A DNA stretch of 22,221 nt from Leidyana gryllorum EB-2025a (GCA_048772705.1 JBLWGC010000161.1:1-22221); one strand, 5' to 3'; shown: positions 1 to 7,993, numbered from the stretch's first letter. Made by a program: numbers and translations. Notes: generated by a model not told the origin, from the sequence alone.

Positions 1-140
1 TGCTCAGTCTGCAACATGGAAGAGGGAGCCGAAATGTGATCCTCGAGATGTTAGTTGCCCTGCCTACCGAACCGGGCTAACGAGGTGGCTGTGTTGGTTC
101 TGAGGGCAACATGTCCGGTCAAGTCAAACGACAACCAATA

Positions 141-210
141 GGGCTGTTCTGGAATCGAACCCAGGACTCCTTCCACTCTGAGGAAGGATTATACCAGCAG
201 AGCAACAGCC
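141..210 (-). pseudogene. tRNA-Pro pseudogene (loop TC-AGA-GT)
   Basis: Pro body GGCTGTT..GAACAGCCC with a damaged D-arm, U33>C and indels relative to 9670-9741. Confidence 0.8.
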
Positions 211-297
211 GAATACTTGGGTGCATGCAACCGGATATACAAATGGAGATTCGAATCTACTGTGGCCTTTTCCAGTTTTTTTTGGGGTGATCGCCGT

Positions 298-381
298 TGC
301 ACAGAATGGGATTCGAACCCATGCAGACTTGCGCCTACCAGAACTTGAGTCTGGCCCCTTAGACCACTCGGGCATCTGTGC
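298..381 (-). tRNA. trnL-CAA: tRNA-Leu(CAA)
   Basis: GCACAGA/TCTGTGC acceptor, CCAGA-CT-CAA-GT-TCTGG, long variable arm, GGTTCGAATCC. Confidence 0.93.
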
Positions 382-478
382 ATTACTTTCCTTCTGAGTT
401 CCAAAGTGTTAATGGCTTCCGTTGGGACCGCCCATGTCGTTCTGGCTGCGGTGTGCCGCCCCGAAGTACTCTTACGGC

Positions 479-556
479 CCGGGCTGCTTAGATGGTAACG
501 TATCTGACTGTAGTGGTGGCATCAGATATTCCACGAGTAAATTCCGTCCCACCCGA
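479..556 (+). pseudogene. tRNA-Tyr(GTA) relic
   Basis: Keeps ATCTGACTGTAGTGGTGGCATCAGAT and TTCCGTCCCACC; D- and T-arms decayed. Confidence 0.7.
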
Positions 557-655
557 ATGAGGAGTGGACTTCTTGCAACGCAGCTCGTCTGACGCTCCTG
601 TTCCATCCCATCCTGATCGATGTTTCGCTACCTCTACAGCCTCGCTCAAAGATTT

Positions 656-715
656 GTCCGAGTCGTCTAGTGGTTAGGACAGCACGTTGTGGCCGTGGAA
701 ACCCAGGCTCGGACA
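656..715 (+). pseudogene. tRNA-His(GTG) with a 12-nt T-arm deletion
   Basis: Matches 5153-5224 but lacks ATTCCTGGCTCG. Confidence 0.85.
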
Positions 716-808
716 ACCAATCTAAAGTGCATTGCAATTCCCCTCCAAACCTCTCAGATCCTTATCGACACTGAGAGACCAGTCAGAAAAGCTTAAGTGC
801 GTGAGCAA

Positions 809-879
809 AGCCTTCTGCCGGAATCGAACCGGCGACCTTTCGCTTACTAAGCGAATGCTCTGCCCCAAGCTAAGAAGGC
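809..879 (-). tRNA. trnT-AGT: tRNA-Thr(AGT), 1-nt D-loop deletion
   Basis: TTCGC-TT-AGT-AA-GCGAA; GGTTCGATTCC; lacks A14. Confidence 0.75.
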
Positions 880-1007
880 AATGTTAACTGGACATCACGA
901 ATGAGTCCCTATTGACGGAAGTTACTGAAGCACATTGTTCCACCACTCAATACTTCCACTGCTCCACCCAACGGCAAATAGGGTGTAGCTCAGTTTAGAG
1001 CTTCGTT

Positions 1008-1080
1008 GCCGCCCTAGCTCGGTCTGTAGAGCGCAAGACTTTCAATCTTGCAGTCGCGGGTTCGAGCCCCGCGGGCGGTG
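1008..1080 (+). pseudogene. tRNA-Lys body with TTC anticodon
   Basis: CAAGA-CT-TTC-AA-TCTTG in the Lys body of 4198-4270; D-loop A14 and G18 mutated. Confidence 0.75.
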
Positions 1081-1129
1081 CAAATCAATGTCTCTGGAAG
1101 CCGTTACCTACAACCACTCTCTGCTGGAT

Positions 1130-1202
1130 TTCCACTCCCGGGACTTGAACCCGGATCGTGCGGGTGAAAGCCGCGAATCCTAGCCACTTAGACTACAGTG
1201 GA
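1130..1202 (-). tRNA. trnE-TTC: tRNA-Glu(TTC), two stem mismatches
   Basis: GCGG-CT-TTC-AC-CCGC; GGTTCAAGTCC. Confidence 0.75.
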
Positions 1203-1372
1203 CGCGTGGTTGAGTTGGGGCTTCGGCCGAGAGCCGTACCGTCTTGGAAAAAATGGTATGTCGGCGTGATCAAGTGAGTGGATCTCTGATACAGATTCGC
1301 ACTTAGTAACCAATTCTATTTGTATTGATCGTGGAATGTTGGGCCTTCCCCCGGTACAGGGCGAGCTTCCTT

Positions 1373-1445
1373 GCCGCCCCAACTCCGTCGGTGGAGCGCA
1401 GACTTTTGATAGGAGAACCGCGGGTTCGGGGGGGCGCGAGCAGTG
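1373..1445 (+). pseudogene. Lys-derived degenerate tRNA element upstream of Ser
   Basis: GCCGCCCC..GGAGCGCAGACTTTT..CGCGGGTTCG; 3' strands of stems lost. Confidence 0.6.
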
Positions 1446-1493
1446 CTGAACCGTATGCGAAGCCACTGGCTGCAAAATGCCAAGTTCGAGAGC

Positions 1494-1567
1494 GGCAACT
1501 TGCCCGAGTGGTTAAGGGGGTAGATTACTGGGCCTGGCTCGCGCTGGTTCAAATCCAGCAGTTGTTG
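1494..1567 (+). pseudogene. tRNA-Ser with deleted anticodon loop
   Basis: Ser body with GTAGATTAC in place of GTAGACTAGAAATCTAC. Confidence 0.85.
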
Positions 1568-1643
1568 TGCGATGTGGTTGGAGGGGTAAACACCAACTGA
1601 CGCATGAATTTCTGGAATGATGGAAAAACAACAATGTGTCCTC

Positions 1644-1714
1644 TGCATCTGCCTGGAATCGAACCCGGGTCGTCTCGATGGCAACGAGACATTCTACCAC
1701 TAGACCACAGATGC
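1644..1714 (-). tRNA. trnG-GCC: tRNA-Gly(GCC)
   Basis: GCATCTG/CAGATGC acceptor; TCTCG-TT-GCC-AT-CGAGA; one T-stem mismatch. Confidence 0.88.
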
Positions 1715-1769
1715 GTGACACCTCCATTCCTGACCACCAAGTAATGAGTCTGGAGCGGGGGATGGTTTT

Positions 1770-1838
1770 GGGCCTATGGCCAACGTACCGCGTCTGACTC
1801 CAGATCAGAAGGTTGGGTTTTGAATCACTATGGGCTCA
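1770..1838 (+). pseudogene. tRNA-Trp(CCA) pseudogene
   Basis: TCTGA-CT-CCA-GA-TCAGA arm intact and acceptor pairs; D- and T-arms decayed. Confidence 0.7.
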
Positions 1839-1875
1839 ATCAGACTCTTTTGTTTTTCCCGTGTGAGGGTCAACC

Positions 1876-1955
1876 TGAAAAGAGTGGGATTTGGACCCAC
1901 GCCCTTTCAAACTGCGACTGGAATACAGCGCCTTAGACCCCTCAGCCATCTTATC
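1876..1955 (-). pseudogene. tRNA-Leu pseudogene
   Basis: Diverged copy of the 8735-8814 body; loop TTCCAGT, T-loop GTCCAAAT. Confidence 0.75.
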
Positions 1956-2043
1956 AGCTCGGTTCCTGTCCCGCTACTCCAAGCGTTCCCTGTCTGTTGA
2001 AGCTAGAGAATGGAAAAGCTGGGCTCTGAGGTTGGGGCGTGCC

Positions 2044-2098
2044 TCCGACATGGTATCAAAGTTATATTTCCGCCTGCCACGCCAACGATCGGGTGGGT
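2044..2098 (+). pseudogene. Heavily decayed tRNA-Asp relic
   Basis: TCCGACAT..TATTTCCGCCTGCCACGC preceded by an Asp-type upstream flank. Confidence 0.45.
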
Positions 2099-2153
2099 AC
2101 CAGCTCTGAACGCATTCATTTCCAATCCCAATGGCTTCATACACTCTTTTAAT

Positions 2154-2223
2154 TGTTGGTCGTGAATGGTTAGCACTGGAGGCTTTGAATCTCCCGAGCT
2201 GGGTTCGATTCCCGGCGCGACCT
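2154..2223 (+). pseudogene. tRNA-Gln(TTG), 5' end decayed
   Basis: GGAGG-CT-TTG-AA-TCTCC; 3' half matches Gln 15233-15304. Confidence 0.75.
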
Positions 2224-2283
2224 CGCAACTAGTTCTACTTCTTGAGACTTCGCAACTTCTCTTGGTTTCCGCAAAGCTTTCGT

Positions 2284-2356
2284 GCAGTCATGGTCTAGTG
2301 GTTACGACGTCTGCTTTACACGCAGAAGGTCCCGAGTTCGATCTTCGGTGGTTGTA
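2284..2356 (+). tRNA. trnV-TAC: tRNA-Val(TAC)
   Basis: TCTGC-TT-TAC-AC-GCAGA; full cloverleaf with G-U pairs. Confidence 0.88.
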
Positions 2357-2396
2357 GCTCGCAACTTTCAGCGAGAACCAAAAGAGAGAATCTGTG

Positions 2397-2468
2397 CTCC
2401 GAGACCGGGAATCGAACCCGGGTCTTCCGCGTGACAGACGGAAATACTAACAAGTAGACCATCTCGGC
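2397..2468 (-). pseudogene. tRNA-Asp(GTC), D-arm mutated
   Basis: 3' half matches 9096-9167; D-loop GG lost. Confidence 0.75.
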
Positions 2469-2602
2469 CGCTCTGAACACGCCGGCCTCCAACCCCAAAA
2501 GTCCTTCCATTTTGTTGTGCAGAGCCCGTCGCATATTGTTGATTCTCAACATAGTATGACCACTCTCGCGACTGTGCTCACCGGGTTGCACGACCGACAG
2601 GG

Positions 2603-2673
2603 GGCTATTTGGTCTAGTGGTATATTCTTCCTTCGGGTGGAAGAGGTTCTGGGTTCGATTCCCAGAACAGCCC
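2603..2673 (+). tRNA. trnP-CGG: tRNA-Pro(CGG), slightly degenerate
   Basis: CTTCC-TT-CGG-GT-GGAAG; 1-nt D-arm deletion and an acceptor mismatch. Confidence 0.7.
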
Positions 2674-2754
2674 CGTTGGTTGTCGGTTGACCCGACGCTT
2701 CACCTCATCTTAAGATGGTACGGCTCTCATCCGAAGCCTCAACTCGGGAACTTG

Positions 2755-2827
2755 TCCACTGTAGTCTAAGTGGCTAGGATATGCGGCTCTCACCCGCACG
2801 ATCCGGGTTCAAGTCCCGGCAGTGGAA
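2755..2827 (+). tRNA. trnE-CTC: tRNA-Glu(CTC)
   Basis: TCCACTG/CAGTGGA; TGCGG-CT-CTC-AC-CCGCA. Confidence 0.93.
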
Positions 2828-2903
2828 GTCCTCGGACTACTCGAGCAAAGTGCTCCAGTAATCTCCGTCAATAGTGACTGATTCGTGATCTTTGGCCTGC
2901 ATT

Positions 2904-2975
2904 GCCTTCTTAGCTTAGGGGCAGAGCATTCGCTTAGTAAGCGAAAGGTCGCCGGTTCGATTCCGGCAGAAGGCT
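2904..2975 (+). tRNA. trnT-AGT: tRNA-Thr(AGT)
   Basis: GCCTTCT/AGAAGGC; full cloverleaf. Confidence 0.93.
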
Positions 2976-3024
2976 TTAGTCACGACCCAATCAATTCTAT
3001 AGCTGTTTCCCTCCTGCGCACACT

Positions 3025-3096
3025 TAGCAGTGCGTCGTTTCGATCGACGGACCTTTGGGTTATGAGCCCAACACTCTTCCACTGAGCTACACTGCT
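3025..3096 (-). tRNA. trnM-CAT: Initiator tRNA-Met(CAT)
   Basis: A1-U72, TTGGG-CT-CAT-AA-CCCAA, T-loop GATCGAAA. Confidence 0.93.
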
Positions 3097-3231
3097 CGGT
3101 CTGCAACATGGAAGAGGGAGCCGAAATGCGATTCTTGAGATGTTAATTGCCTTGAGTGCGAAGTCTGCTAACGAGCTGGCTGCGTTGGTTCTAAAAACTG
3201 CTTATCTCATCGGGTCAACCGACAACCAAGA

Positions 3232-3303
3232 GGGCTGTTCTGGGAATCGAACCCAGGACTTCTTCCACCCGAAGGAAGAATCATACCACTAGACCAAACA
3301 GCC
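3232..3303 (-). tRNA. trnP-CGG: tRNA-Pro(CGG)
   Basis: Full cloverleaf, loop TT-CGG-GT. Confidence 0.92.
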
Positions 3304-3380
3304 GCCTAGCCGGTGGTTCAACCAGCTGGGCAAAGTCGAGAGACTCGTCTCACTACGTGAAGTATCACTCAATGCCATGA

Positions 3381-3453
3381 GGTAGGCTAACCCAGATGAT
3401 GAAACGGTGGCTTGCTATACGAAAGGTACTGGGATCGATTCCCAGCCCATCCG
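3381..3453 (+). pseudogene. Ala-derived degenerate element
   Basis: Keeps the Ala-type T-arm CTGGGATCGATTCCCAG; other arms decayed. Confidence 0.65.
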
Positions 3454-3529
3454 AGTTACATCGATGGAATGTTCGCCGGAGTAGTCTACTTGGCCTGTCA
3501 ACGCTGTCTGCCGAAACCACATCGCTACT

Positions 3530-3609
3530 TCCGGTGGGACGGAATCGAACCGCCGACTATCTGATGCCAGCACTACAGTCAGATGCTCTACCAACTGAGC
3601 TACCCCCGG
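3530..3609 (-). tRNA. trnY-GTA: tRNA-Tyr(GTA) with a 7-nt intron (3566-3572)
   Basis: C1-G72, A73; TCTGA-CT-GTA-G[TGCTGGC]A-TCAGA. Confidence 0.9.
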
Positions 3610-3620
3610 CCGTCCAACTG

Positions 3621-3709
3621 CTCCGGGGTTCGAAAGGCTCAACCCCAGATCCTCGCCCTGTCGCACTGCGGTCTGAGCACAGCCCCTTAGACAAAACGGC
3701 CATCTTGCG
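3621..3709 (-). pseudogene. Leu(CAG) 5' part fused to a non-Leu hairpin
   Basis: Leu body through the variable arm, then GAGGATCTGGGGTTGAGCCTTTCGAACCCCGG. Confidence 0.7.
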
Positions 3710-3802
3710 GGATGTTGTTGGCTCGCCGCTCCACGCGTTTTCTGTGCTTGGAATCTCATAATGGAAGAACTTTTGGGGTTGGAGGCCGGCGTGTTCAGAG
3801 CA

Positions 3803-3874
3803 TTTGAGATAGTGTAGTGGTTAGTATTTCCGCCTGTTACTCGGAAGACCCGGGTTCGATTCCCGGTCTCAGAG
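3803..3874 (+). pseudogene. tRNA-Asp body with GTT anticodon
   Basis: TCCGC-CT-GTT-AC-TCGGA; acceptor and anticodon-stem mismatches. Confidence 0.75.
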
Positions 3875-4063
3875 CAGTTCCAGCCCCTCACAACTGCTGC
3901 AACTCAGATTTTGTCTCAGCTGGTCCGGACTTCATCCGGGATTGTACGAGTGGCTCTACCACTTGAGATAGCCGCCCGCCCGCCAAACCTAGGTGAACTT
4001 TCCATCTGAGACCAACTCACAGTTCTCTGGCGCCTCATTTGTCAGTGCAACTGTTGTGTCTCG

Positions 4064-4137
4064 TCCACTGTAGTCTAAATGGCGAGGATATGCGGCTCTC
4101 ACCCGCACGATCCGGGTTTCAAGTCCCGGCAGCGGAA
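4064..4137 (+). tRNA. trnE-CTC: tRNA-Glu(CTC), degenerate (extra T in T-loop)
   Basis: Glu body with GGGTTTCAAG and an acceptor mismatch. Confidence 0.65.
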
Positions 4138-4197
4138 ATCCAGCTGAGTGTGCTTGCAGGCAACAGTTCCATTCTTACATCCAGGGATATAGATCCA

Positions 4198-4270
4198 CAC
4201 CGCCCGCGGGGCTCGAACCCGCGACTGCAAGATTAAAAGTCTTGCGCTCTACCGACTGAGCTAGGGCGGC
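4198..4270 (-). tRNA. trnK-TTT: tRNA-Lys(TTT)
   Basis: CAAGA-CT-TTT-AA-TCTTG; full cloverleaf. Confidence 0.93.
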
Positions 4271-4401
4271 AAGGAAGCTCTCAACTTAGTTACACCCTAT
4301 TTGCCGGTGGGTGGAGCAGTGGGAGTGTTGAGTGGTGGAACAATGTGCTTCAGTAACTTCCGTCAATAGGGACTCCTCACGCGTGATGTCCAGTTAACAT
4401 T

Positions 4402-4472
4402 GCCTTTTTAGCTTGGGGCAGAGCATTCGCTTAGTAAGTGAAAGGTCGCCGGTTCGATTCGGGCAGCAGGCT
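4402..4472 (+). pseudogene. tRNA-Thr(AGT), degenerate
   Basis: Several stem substitutions and A14 deletion. Confidence 0.7.
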
Positions 4473-4520
4473 TGGCTCACGAGCCAATCTATCCTGCAAC
4501 TGTTCCCTTCTGCGCACACT

Positions 4521-4592
4521 TAGCAGTGCGTCGTTTCGATCGACGGACCTTTGCGTTATGAGCCTAACACTCTTCCACTGAGCTACACTGCT
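4521..4592 (-). pseudogene. Initiator tRNA-Met with broken anticodon stem
   Basis: TTAGG/CGCAA in place of TTGGG/CCCAA. Confidence 0.75.
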
Positions 4593-4688
4593 CAGTCTGC
4601 AACATGGAAGAGGTAGCCGAAATGTGATTTTCGAGATGTTAGTGATTCTGAGGGCAACATGTCCGGTCAAGTCAAACGACGACCAATA

Positions 4689-4758
4689 GGGCTGTTCTGG
4701 AATCGAACCCAGGACTCCTTCCACTCTGAGGAAGGATCATACCAGCAGAGCAACAGCC
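4689..4758 (-). pseudogene. tRNA-Pro pseudogene (loop TC-AGA-GT)
   Basis: Near-identical to 141-210. Confidence 0.8.
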
Positions 4759-4822
4759 GAATACTCGGGTGCATGCAACCGACTGTGGCCTTTTCCAGCT
4801 TTTTTTTGGGGATGATCGCCGT

Positions 4823-4906
4823 TGCACAGAATGGGATTCGAACCCATGCAGGCTTGCGCCTACCAGAACTTGAGTCTGGCCCCTTAGACCACTCGGGCAT
4901 CTGTGC
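4823..4906 (-). tRNA. trnL-CAA: tRNA-Leu(CAA)
   Basis: As 298-381, variable arm fully paired. Confidence 0.93.
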
Positions 4907-5003
4907 ATTACTTTCCTTCTGAGTTCCAGAGTGTTAATGGCTTCCGTTGCGACCGCCGATGTCGTTCTGGCTGCGGTGTGCCACCCCGAAGTACTCTTAC
5001 GGC

Positions 5004-5081
5004 CCAGGGTGCTTAGATGGTAACGTATCTGACTGTAGTGGTGGTATCAGGTATTCCACGAGTAAATTCCGTCCCACCCGA
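5004..5081 (+). pseudogene. tRNA-Tyr relic
   Basis: Paralog of 479-556. Confidence 0.65.
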
Positions 5082-5152
5082 AGTTGAGGAGTGGCTGTTC
5101 CATCCCATCCTGGTCGATGCTTCGCTACCTCTACAGCCTCGCTCAAAGATTT

Positions 5153-5224
5153 GTCCGAGTCGTCTAGTGGTTAGGACAGCACGTTGTGGCCGTGCAAACC
5201 CAGGCTCGATTCCTGGCTCGGACA
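5153..5224 (+). tRNA. trnH-GTG: tRNA-His(GTG), T54>C
   Basis: GTCCGAG/CTCGGAC; GCACG-TT-GTG-GC-CGTGC; T-loop CTCGATT. Confidence 0.82.
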
Positions 5225-5317
5225 ACCAATCTAAAGTGCATTGCAAATCCCCTCCAAACCTCTCAGATCCTTATCGAGACTGAGAGACCAGTCAGAATAG
5301 CTTAAGTGCGTGAGCAA

Positions 5318-5389
5318 AGCCTTCTGCCGGAATCGAACCGGCGACCTTTCGCTTACTAAGCGAATGCTCTGCCCCTAAGCTAAGAAGGC
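5318..5389 (-). tRNA. trnT-AGT: tRNA-Thr(AGT)
   Basis: Same body as 2904-2975. Confidence 0.93.
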
Positions 5390-5465
5390 AATATTAGCTG
5401 GAAATCACGCATCAGTCACTATTGACGGAGGTTACTGGAGCACTTTGCTCGAATGGTCCAATGAC

Positions 5466-5538
5466 TTGCACTGCCGGGACTTGAACCCGGATCGTGCGGG
5501 TGAAAGCCGCATATCCTAGCCACTTAGACTACAGTGGA
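5466..5538 (-). tRNA. trnE-TTC: tRNA-Glu(TTC)
   Basis: Loop CT-TTC-AC; one acceptor mismatch at 2:71. Confidence 0.82.
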
Positions 5539-5655
5539 CAACTCCCTCAGCTGCAGCTTTAGCCGAGAGCCGTACCCTCTTGACAAGACGTGGTTGCAGA
5601 ATCCTGCGGTAGAAAAAGGAGGATCTCTATACTAACCTCTGAACCATTGTAGCTG

Positions 5656-5728
5656 GGTCTTGTAGCTCAGTCGGCAGAGCGTGTGGCTGTTCACCACAAA
5701 GTCGCAGGTTCGAAACCTGCCAGGACCG
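5656..5728 (+). tRNA. trnN-GTT: tRNA-Asn(GTT), A37>C
   Basis: TGTGG-CT-GTT-CA-CCACA; otherwise as 6351-6423. Confidence 0.8.
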
Positions 5729-5772
5729 GTTTCAGAGGCACACTAGACACTGACTGCGCTGCTCTCCCAATG

Positions 5773-5832
5773 GCACTTGTGGTCTGCGACCCTTCAAAGA
5801 TGTAAGGTTGGGTTTGGCTCCCGCCACGTACA
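5773..5832 (+). pseudogene. tRNA-Gly(TCC)-derived relic
   Basis: GCACTTGTGGTCT..GCGACCCTTC shared with 13946-14016; D-arm deleted. Confidence 0.55.
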
Positions 5833-5846
5833 GCCGTAGCGTACTT

Positions 5847-5919
5847 TGGACGACCTGGGCATCGATCCCAGTACCTCTCGCATGCTAAGCGAGCGCTCTA
5901 CCATTTGAGCTGGTCGCCC
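5847..5919 (-). tRNA. trnA-AGC: tRNA-Ala(AGC)
   Basis: G3-U70; CTCGC-TT-AGC-AT-GCGAG; U8>C. Confidence 0.85.
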
Positions 5920-6002
5920 ATTGAGCAAAGCGGAGTACATCCAGTTCTTTTTTACATGGTATGACCAGTCTCTCCACTTTGCACAAACGAAGCCACGCAG
6001 GA

Positions 6003-6075
6003 AACGGCTGGAGGGACCCGAATCCTCAACCTTCGCCTTGGGAGGGCAACGCGCTATGCATTGCGGCACAACCGC
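6003..6075 (-). pseudogene. tRNA-Arg(CCT) body with CCC anticodon
   Basis: Paralog of 14397-14469; D-loop and T-arm substitutions. Confidence 0.72.
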
Positions 6076-6156
6076 ATTCGCAACCCATCCACCGAGCTGC
6101 CCCAAGGTGTCTCCTCTTACACCCAACTAGTATCGAGATGACCGAAGCTTGTCTAT

Positions 6157-6229
6157 GGTGCGGTGGCCTAATGGATAGGGCATCGGTCTTCGGAACCGGG
6201 AGTTGTGGGTTCGAGTCCCATCCGCATCA
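6157..6229 (+). tRNA. trnR-TCG: tRNA-Arg(TCG)
   Basis: TCGGT-CT-TCG-GA-ACCGG; GGTTCGAGTCC. Confidence 0.92.
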
Positions 6230-6350
6230 TAGCCTCTCACGCGAAAGACGTTCCGCAAGCTTGCTAGCTGTATGGGGAGCCACTGCCGCGCATGTCGAGT
6301 TGGAGTGCTCGTGATATGATTTTCCTTCCCTTGGAGAGTGCCTCTGAAAC

Positions 6351-6423
6351 CGGTCCTGGCAGGTTTCGAACCTGCGACTTTGTGGTTAACAGCCACACGC
6401 TCTGCCGACTGAGCTACAAGACC
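6351..6423 (-). tRNA. trnN-GTT: tRNA-Asn(GTT)
   Basis: Full cloverleaf, TGTGG-CT-GTT-AA-CCACA. Confidence 0.93.
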
Positions 6424-6541
6424 CAGCTACAATGTTTCAGAGGTTAGTATAGAGATCCTCCCTTATTCTACCGCAGGATTCTGGAATCACGTCTTGTCAA
6501 GAGGGTACGGCTCTCGGCTAAAGCTGCAGCTGAGGGAGTTG

Positions 6542-6614
6542 TCCACTCTTGTCTAAGTGGCTAGGATATGCGGCTCTAACCCGCACGATCCGGGTTCAAG
6601 TCCCGGCAGTGGAA
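6542..6614 (+). tRNA. tRNA-Glu body with CTA (amber) anticodon; possibly a pseudogene
   Basis: TGCGG-CT-CTA-AC-CCGCA (anticodon 6576-6578); G7>C and A9>T relative to 2755-2827. Confidence 0.65.
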
Positions 6615-6674
6615 ATCCAGCTGAGTGTGCTTGTAGGCAACGGTTCCATTCCTACTCCCAGAGACATTGATTTG

Positions 6675-6747
6675 CACCGCCCGCGGGGCTCGAACCCGCG
6701 ACTGCAAGATTAAAAGTCTTGCGCTCTACCGACTGAGCTAGGGCGGC
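6675..6747 (-). tRNA. trnK-TTT: tRNA-Lys(TTT)
   Basis: Same body as 4198-4270. Confidence 0.93.
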
Positions 6748-6875
6748 AAGGAAGCTCTAAACTTAGTTACACCCTATTTGCCGTTGGGTGGAGAAGTGGA
6801 AGGATTGACTGGTGGAACAATGTGCTCCAGTAACTTGCGTCAATAGTGACTGATGCGTGATTACCAGCTGATATT

Positions 6876-6947
6876 GCCTTCTTAGCTTAGGGGCACAGCA
6901 TTCGCTTAGTAAGCGAAAGGTCGCCGGTTCGATTCCGGCACAAGGCT
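6876..6947 (+). tRNA. trnT-AGT: tRNA-Thr(AGT), two G>C substitutions
   Basis: D-stem and acceptor mismatches. Confidence 0.7.
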
Positions 6948-6996
6948 TTGCTCACGAGAAAATCTATTCTATAACTGTTTCCCTTCTGCGCACACT

Positions 6997-7068
6997 TAGC
7001 AGTGCGTCGTTTCGATCGACGGACCTTTGGGTTATGAGCCCAACACTCTTCCACTGAGCTACAATGCT
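6997..7068 (-). tRNA. trnM-CAT: Initiator tRNA-Met(CAT), one acceptor mismatch
   Basis: As 3025-3096 with G5>T. Confidence 0.82.
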
Positions 7069-7209
7069 CAGTCTGCAACATGGAAGAGGTAGCCGACATG
7101 CGATTCTTGAGATGCTAGTTACCCTGACTGCCCTACCCAAGTGGGCTAACGAGGTGGTTGTGTTGTTTCTGAGGGCAACTTGTCCCGTCGGGTCAACCGA
7201 CGACCAAGA

Positions 7210-7280
7210 GGGCTGTTCTGGGAATCGAACCAGGACTACTTCCACCCTGAGGAAGGATCATACCACTAGACCAAACAGCC
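7210..7280 (-). pseudogene. tRNA-Pro(AGG), degenerate
   Basis: U33>C and a 1-nt T-stem deletion. Confidence 0.72.
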
Positions 7281-7310
7281 GACTGGTCGGTGGTTCAACC
7301 CGCTGGGTAC

Positions 7311-7414
7311 AGTCGAGAGACTCGTATCACTATGTGAAGTATCACTCAATGCCATGAGGTAGTCGAGAGACTCGTATCACTATGTGAAGTACCACTCAAT
7401 GCCATGAGGTAGTC
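7311..7414 (+). repeat. 50-bp tandem duplication
   Basis: AGTCGAGAGACTCGTATCACTATGTGAAGTA(T/C)CACTCAATGCCATGAGGT twice, one mismatch. Confidence 0.95.
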
Positions 7415-7419
7415 ATAGA

Positions 7420-7492
7420 GGGAGGCTAGCCCAGATGATGAAACGGTGGCTTAGTATACAAAAGGTTCTGGGATCGATTCCCAGCCCATCCG
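7420..7492 (+). pseudogene. Ala-derived degenerate element
   Basis: Paralog of 3381-3453. Confidence 0.65.
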
Positions 7493-7586
7493 AACTACAT
7501 AGATGGAACCCTCGCGGGACTAGTCTAGTTGGCCTATCAACGCTGTCCATCAGGTTGAGTAGTAGTTTGCCGATGACCGCTCTACT

Positions 7587-7666
7587 TCCGGTGGGACGGA
7601 ATCGAACCGCCGACTATCTGATGCCAGCACTACAGTCAGATGCTCTACCAACTGAGCTACCCCCGG
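7587..7666 (-). tRNA. trnY-GTA: tRNA-Tyr(GTA) with a 7-nt intron
   Basis: Same sequence as 3530-3609. Confidence 0.9.
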
Positions 7667-7677
7667 CCGTCCAACTG

Positions 7678-7765
7678 CTCCGGGGTTCGAAAGGCTCAAC
7701 CCCAGATCCTCGCCCTTTGGACTGCGGCCTTAACACAGCGCCTTAGACCACTCGGCCATCTTGCC
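7678..7765 (-). pseudogene. Leu(AAG) 5' part fused to a non-Leu hairpin
   Basis: 5' part matches 8735-8814; 3' part matches the 3621-3655 hairpin. Confidence 0.75.
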
Positions 7766-7846
7766 GGAGTGCTCTTGGCTCGCCGCTTTACACGTTTTCT
7801 GATCGTGAGTCAAAATAGAAAGACTTCTGGGATTGGAGGCCGGCGT

Positions 7847-7897
7847 GTATTTCCGCCTGTCACGCGGAAGACCAGGGTTCGTTTCCCGGTCTCGGGG
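7847..7897 (+). pseudogene. 5'-truncated tRNA-Asp(GTC)
   Basis: GTATTTCCGCCTGTCACGCGGAAGACC..GGTCTCGG joined directly to the upstream flank. Confidence 0.75.
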
Positions 7898-7933
7898 CAC
7901 AGATGATTTCGCTTAGGATTGTTTCCTTTGATT

Positions 7934-7993
7934 CTCGAGATAGTATTTTCGCCTGTCACGCGGAATACCCGGGTTCGATTCCCGGTGTCGGAG
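7934..7993 (+). pseudogene. tRNA-Asp(GTC) lacking the D-arm
   Basis: 12-nt deletion between TAGTAT repeats. Confidence 0.8.

Larger units (their letters stand above)
1..880 (+). repeat. Segmental repeat, direct copy of about 4589-5390 (Pro, Leu, Tyr relic, His, Thr)
   Basis: Collinear genes and near-identical spacers with indels. Confidence 0.9.
3232..3935. repeat. Segmental repeat, inverted copy at about 9030-9741 (Pro, Ala relic, Tyr, Leu fusion, Asp)
   Basis: Spacers match as reverse complement; related copies at about 7210-7800 and 11470-12087. Confidence 0.88.
5630..6320. repeat. Segmental repeat, inverted copy at about 14125-14880 (Asn, Ala, Arg, Arg)
   Basis: Reverse-complement spacer matches. 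Confidence 0.85.
6351..6750 (+). repeat. Segmental repeat, direct copy at about 16911-17310 (Asn, Glu, Lys)
   Basis: Near-identical genes and spacers. Confidence 0.92.

Noticed and set aside
1373-1445. Lys-derived elements as a mobile SINE family
   Set aside because: They always occur in the same module context, with no poly(A) tail or target-site duplication, so they spread by segmental duplication
1876-1955. Leu body with CCA anticodon as a recoding tRNA
   Set aside because: T-loop and stems are degraded, so it is best read as a pseudogene
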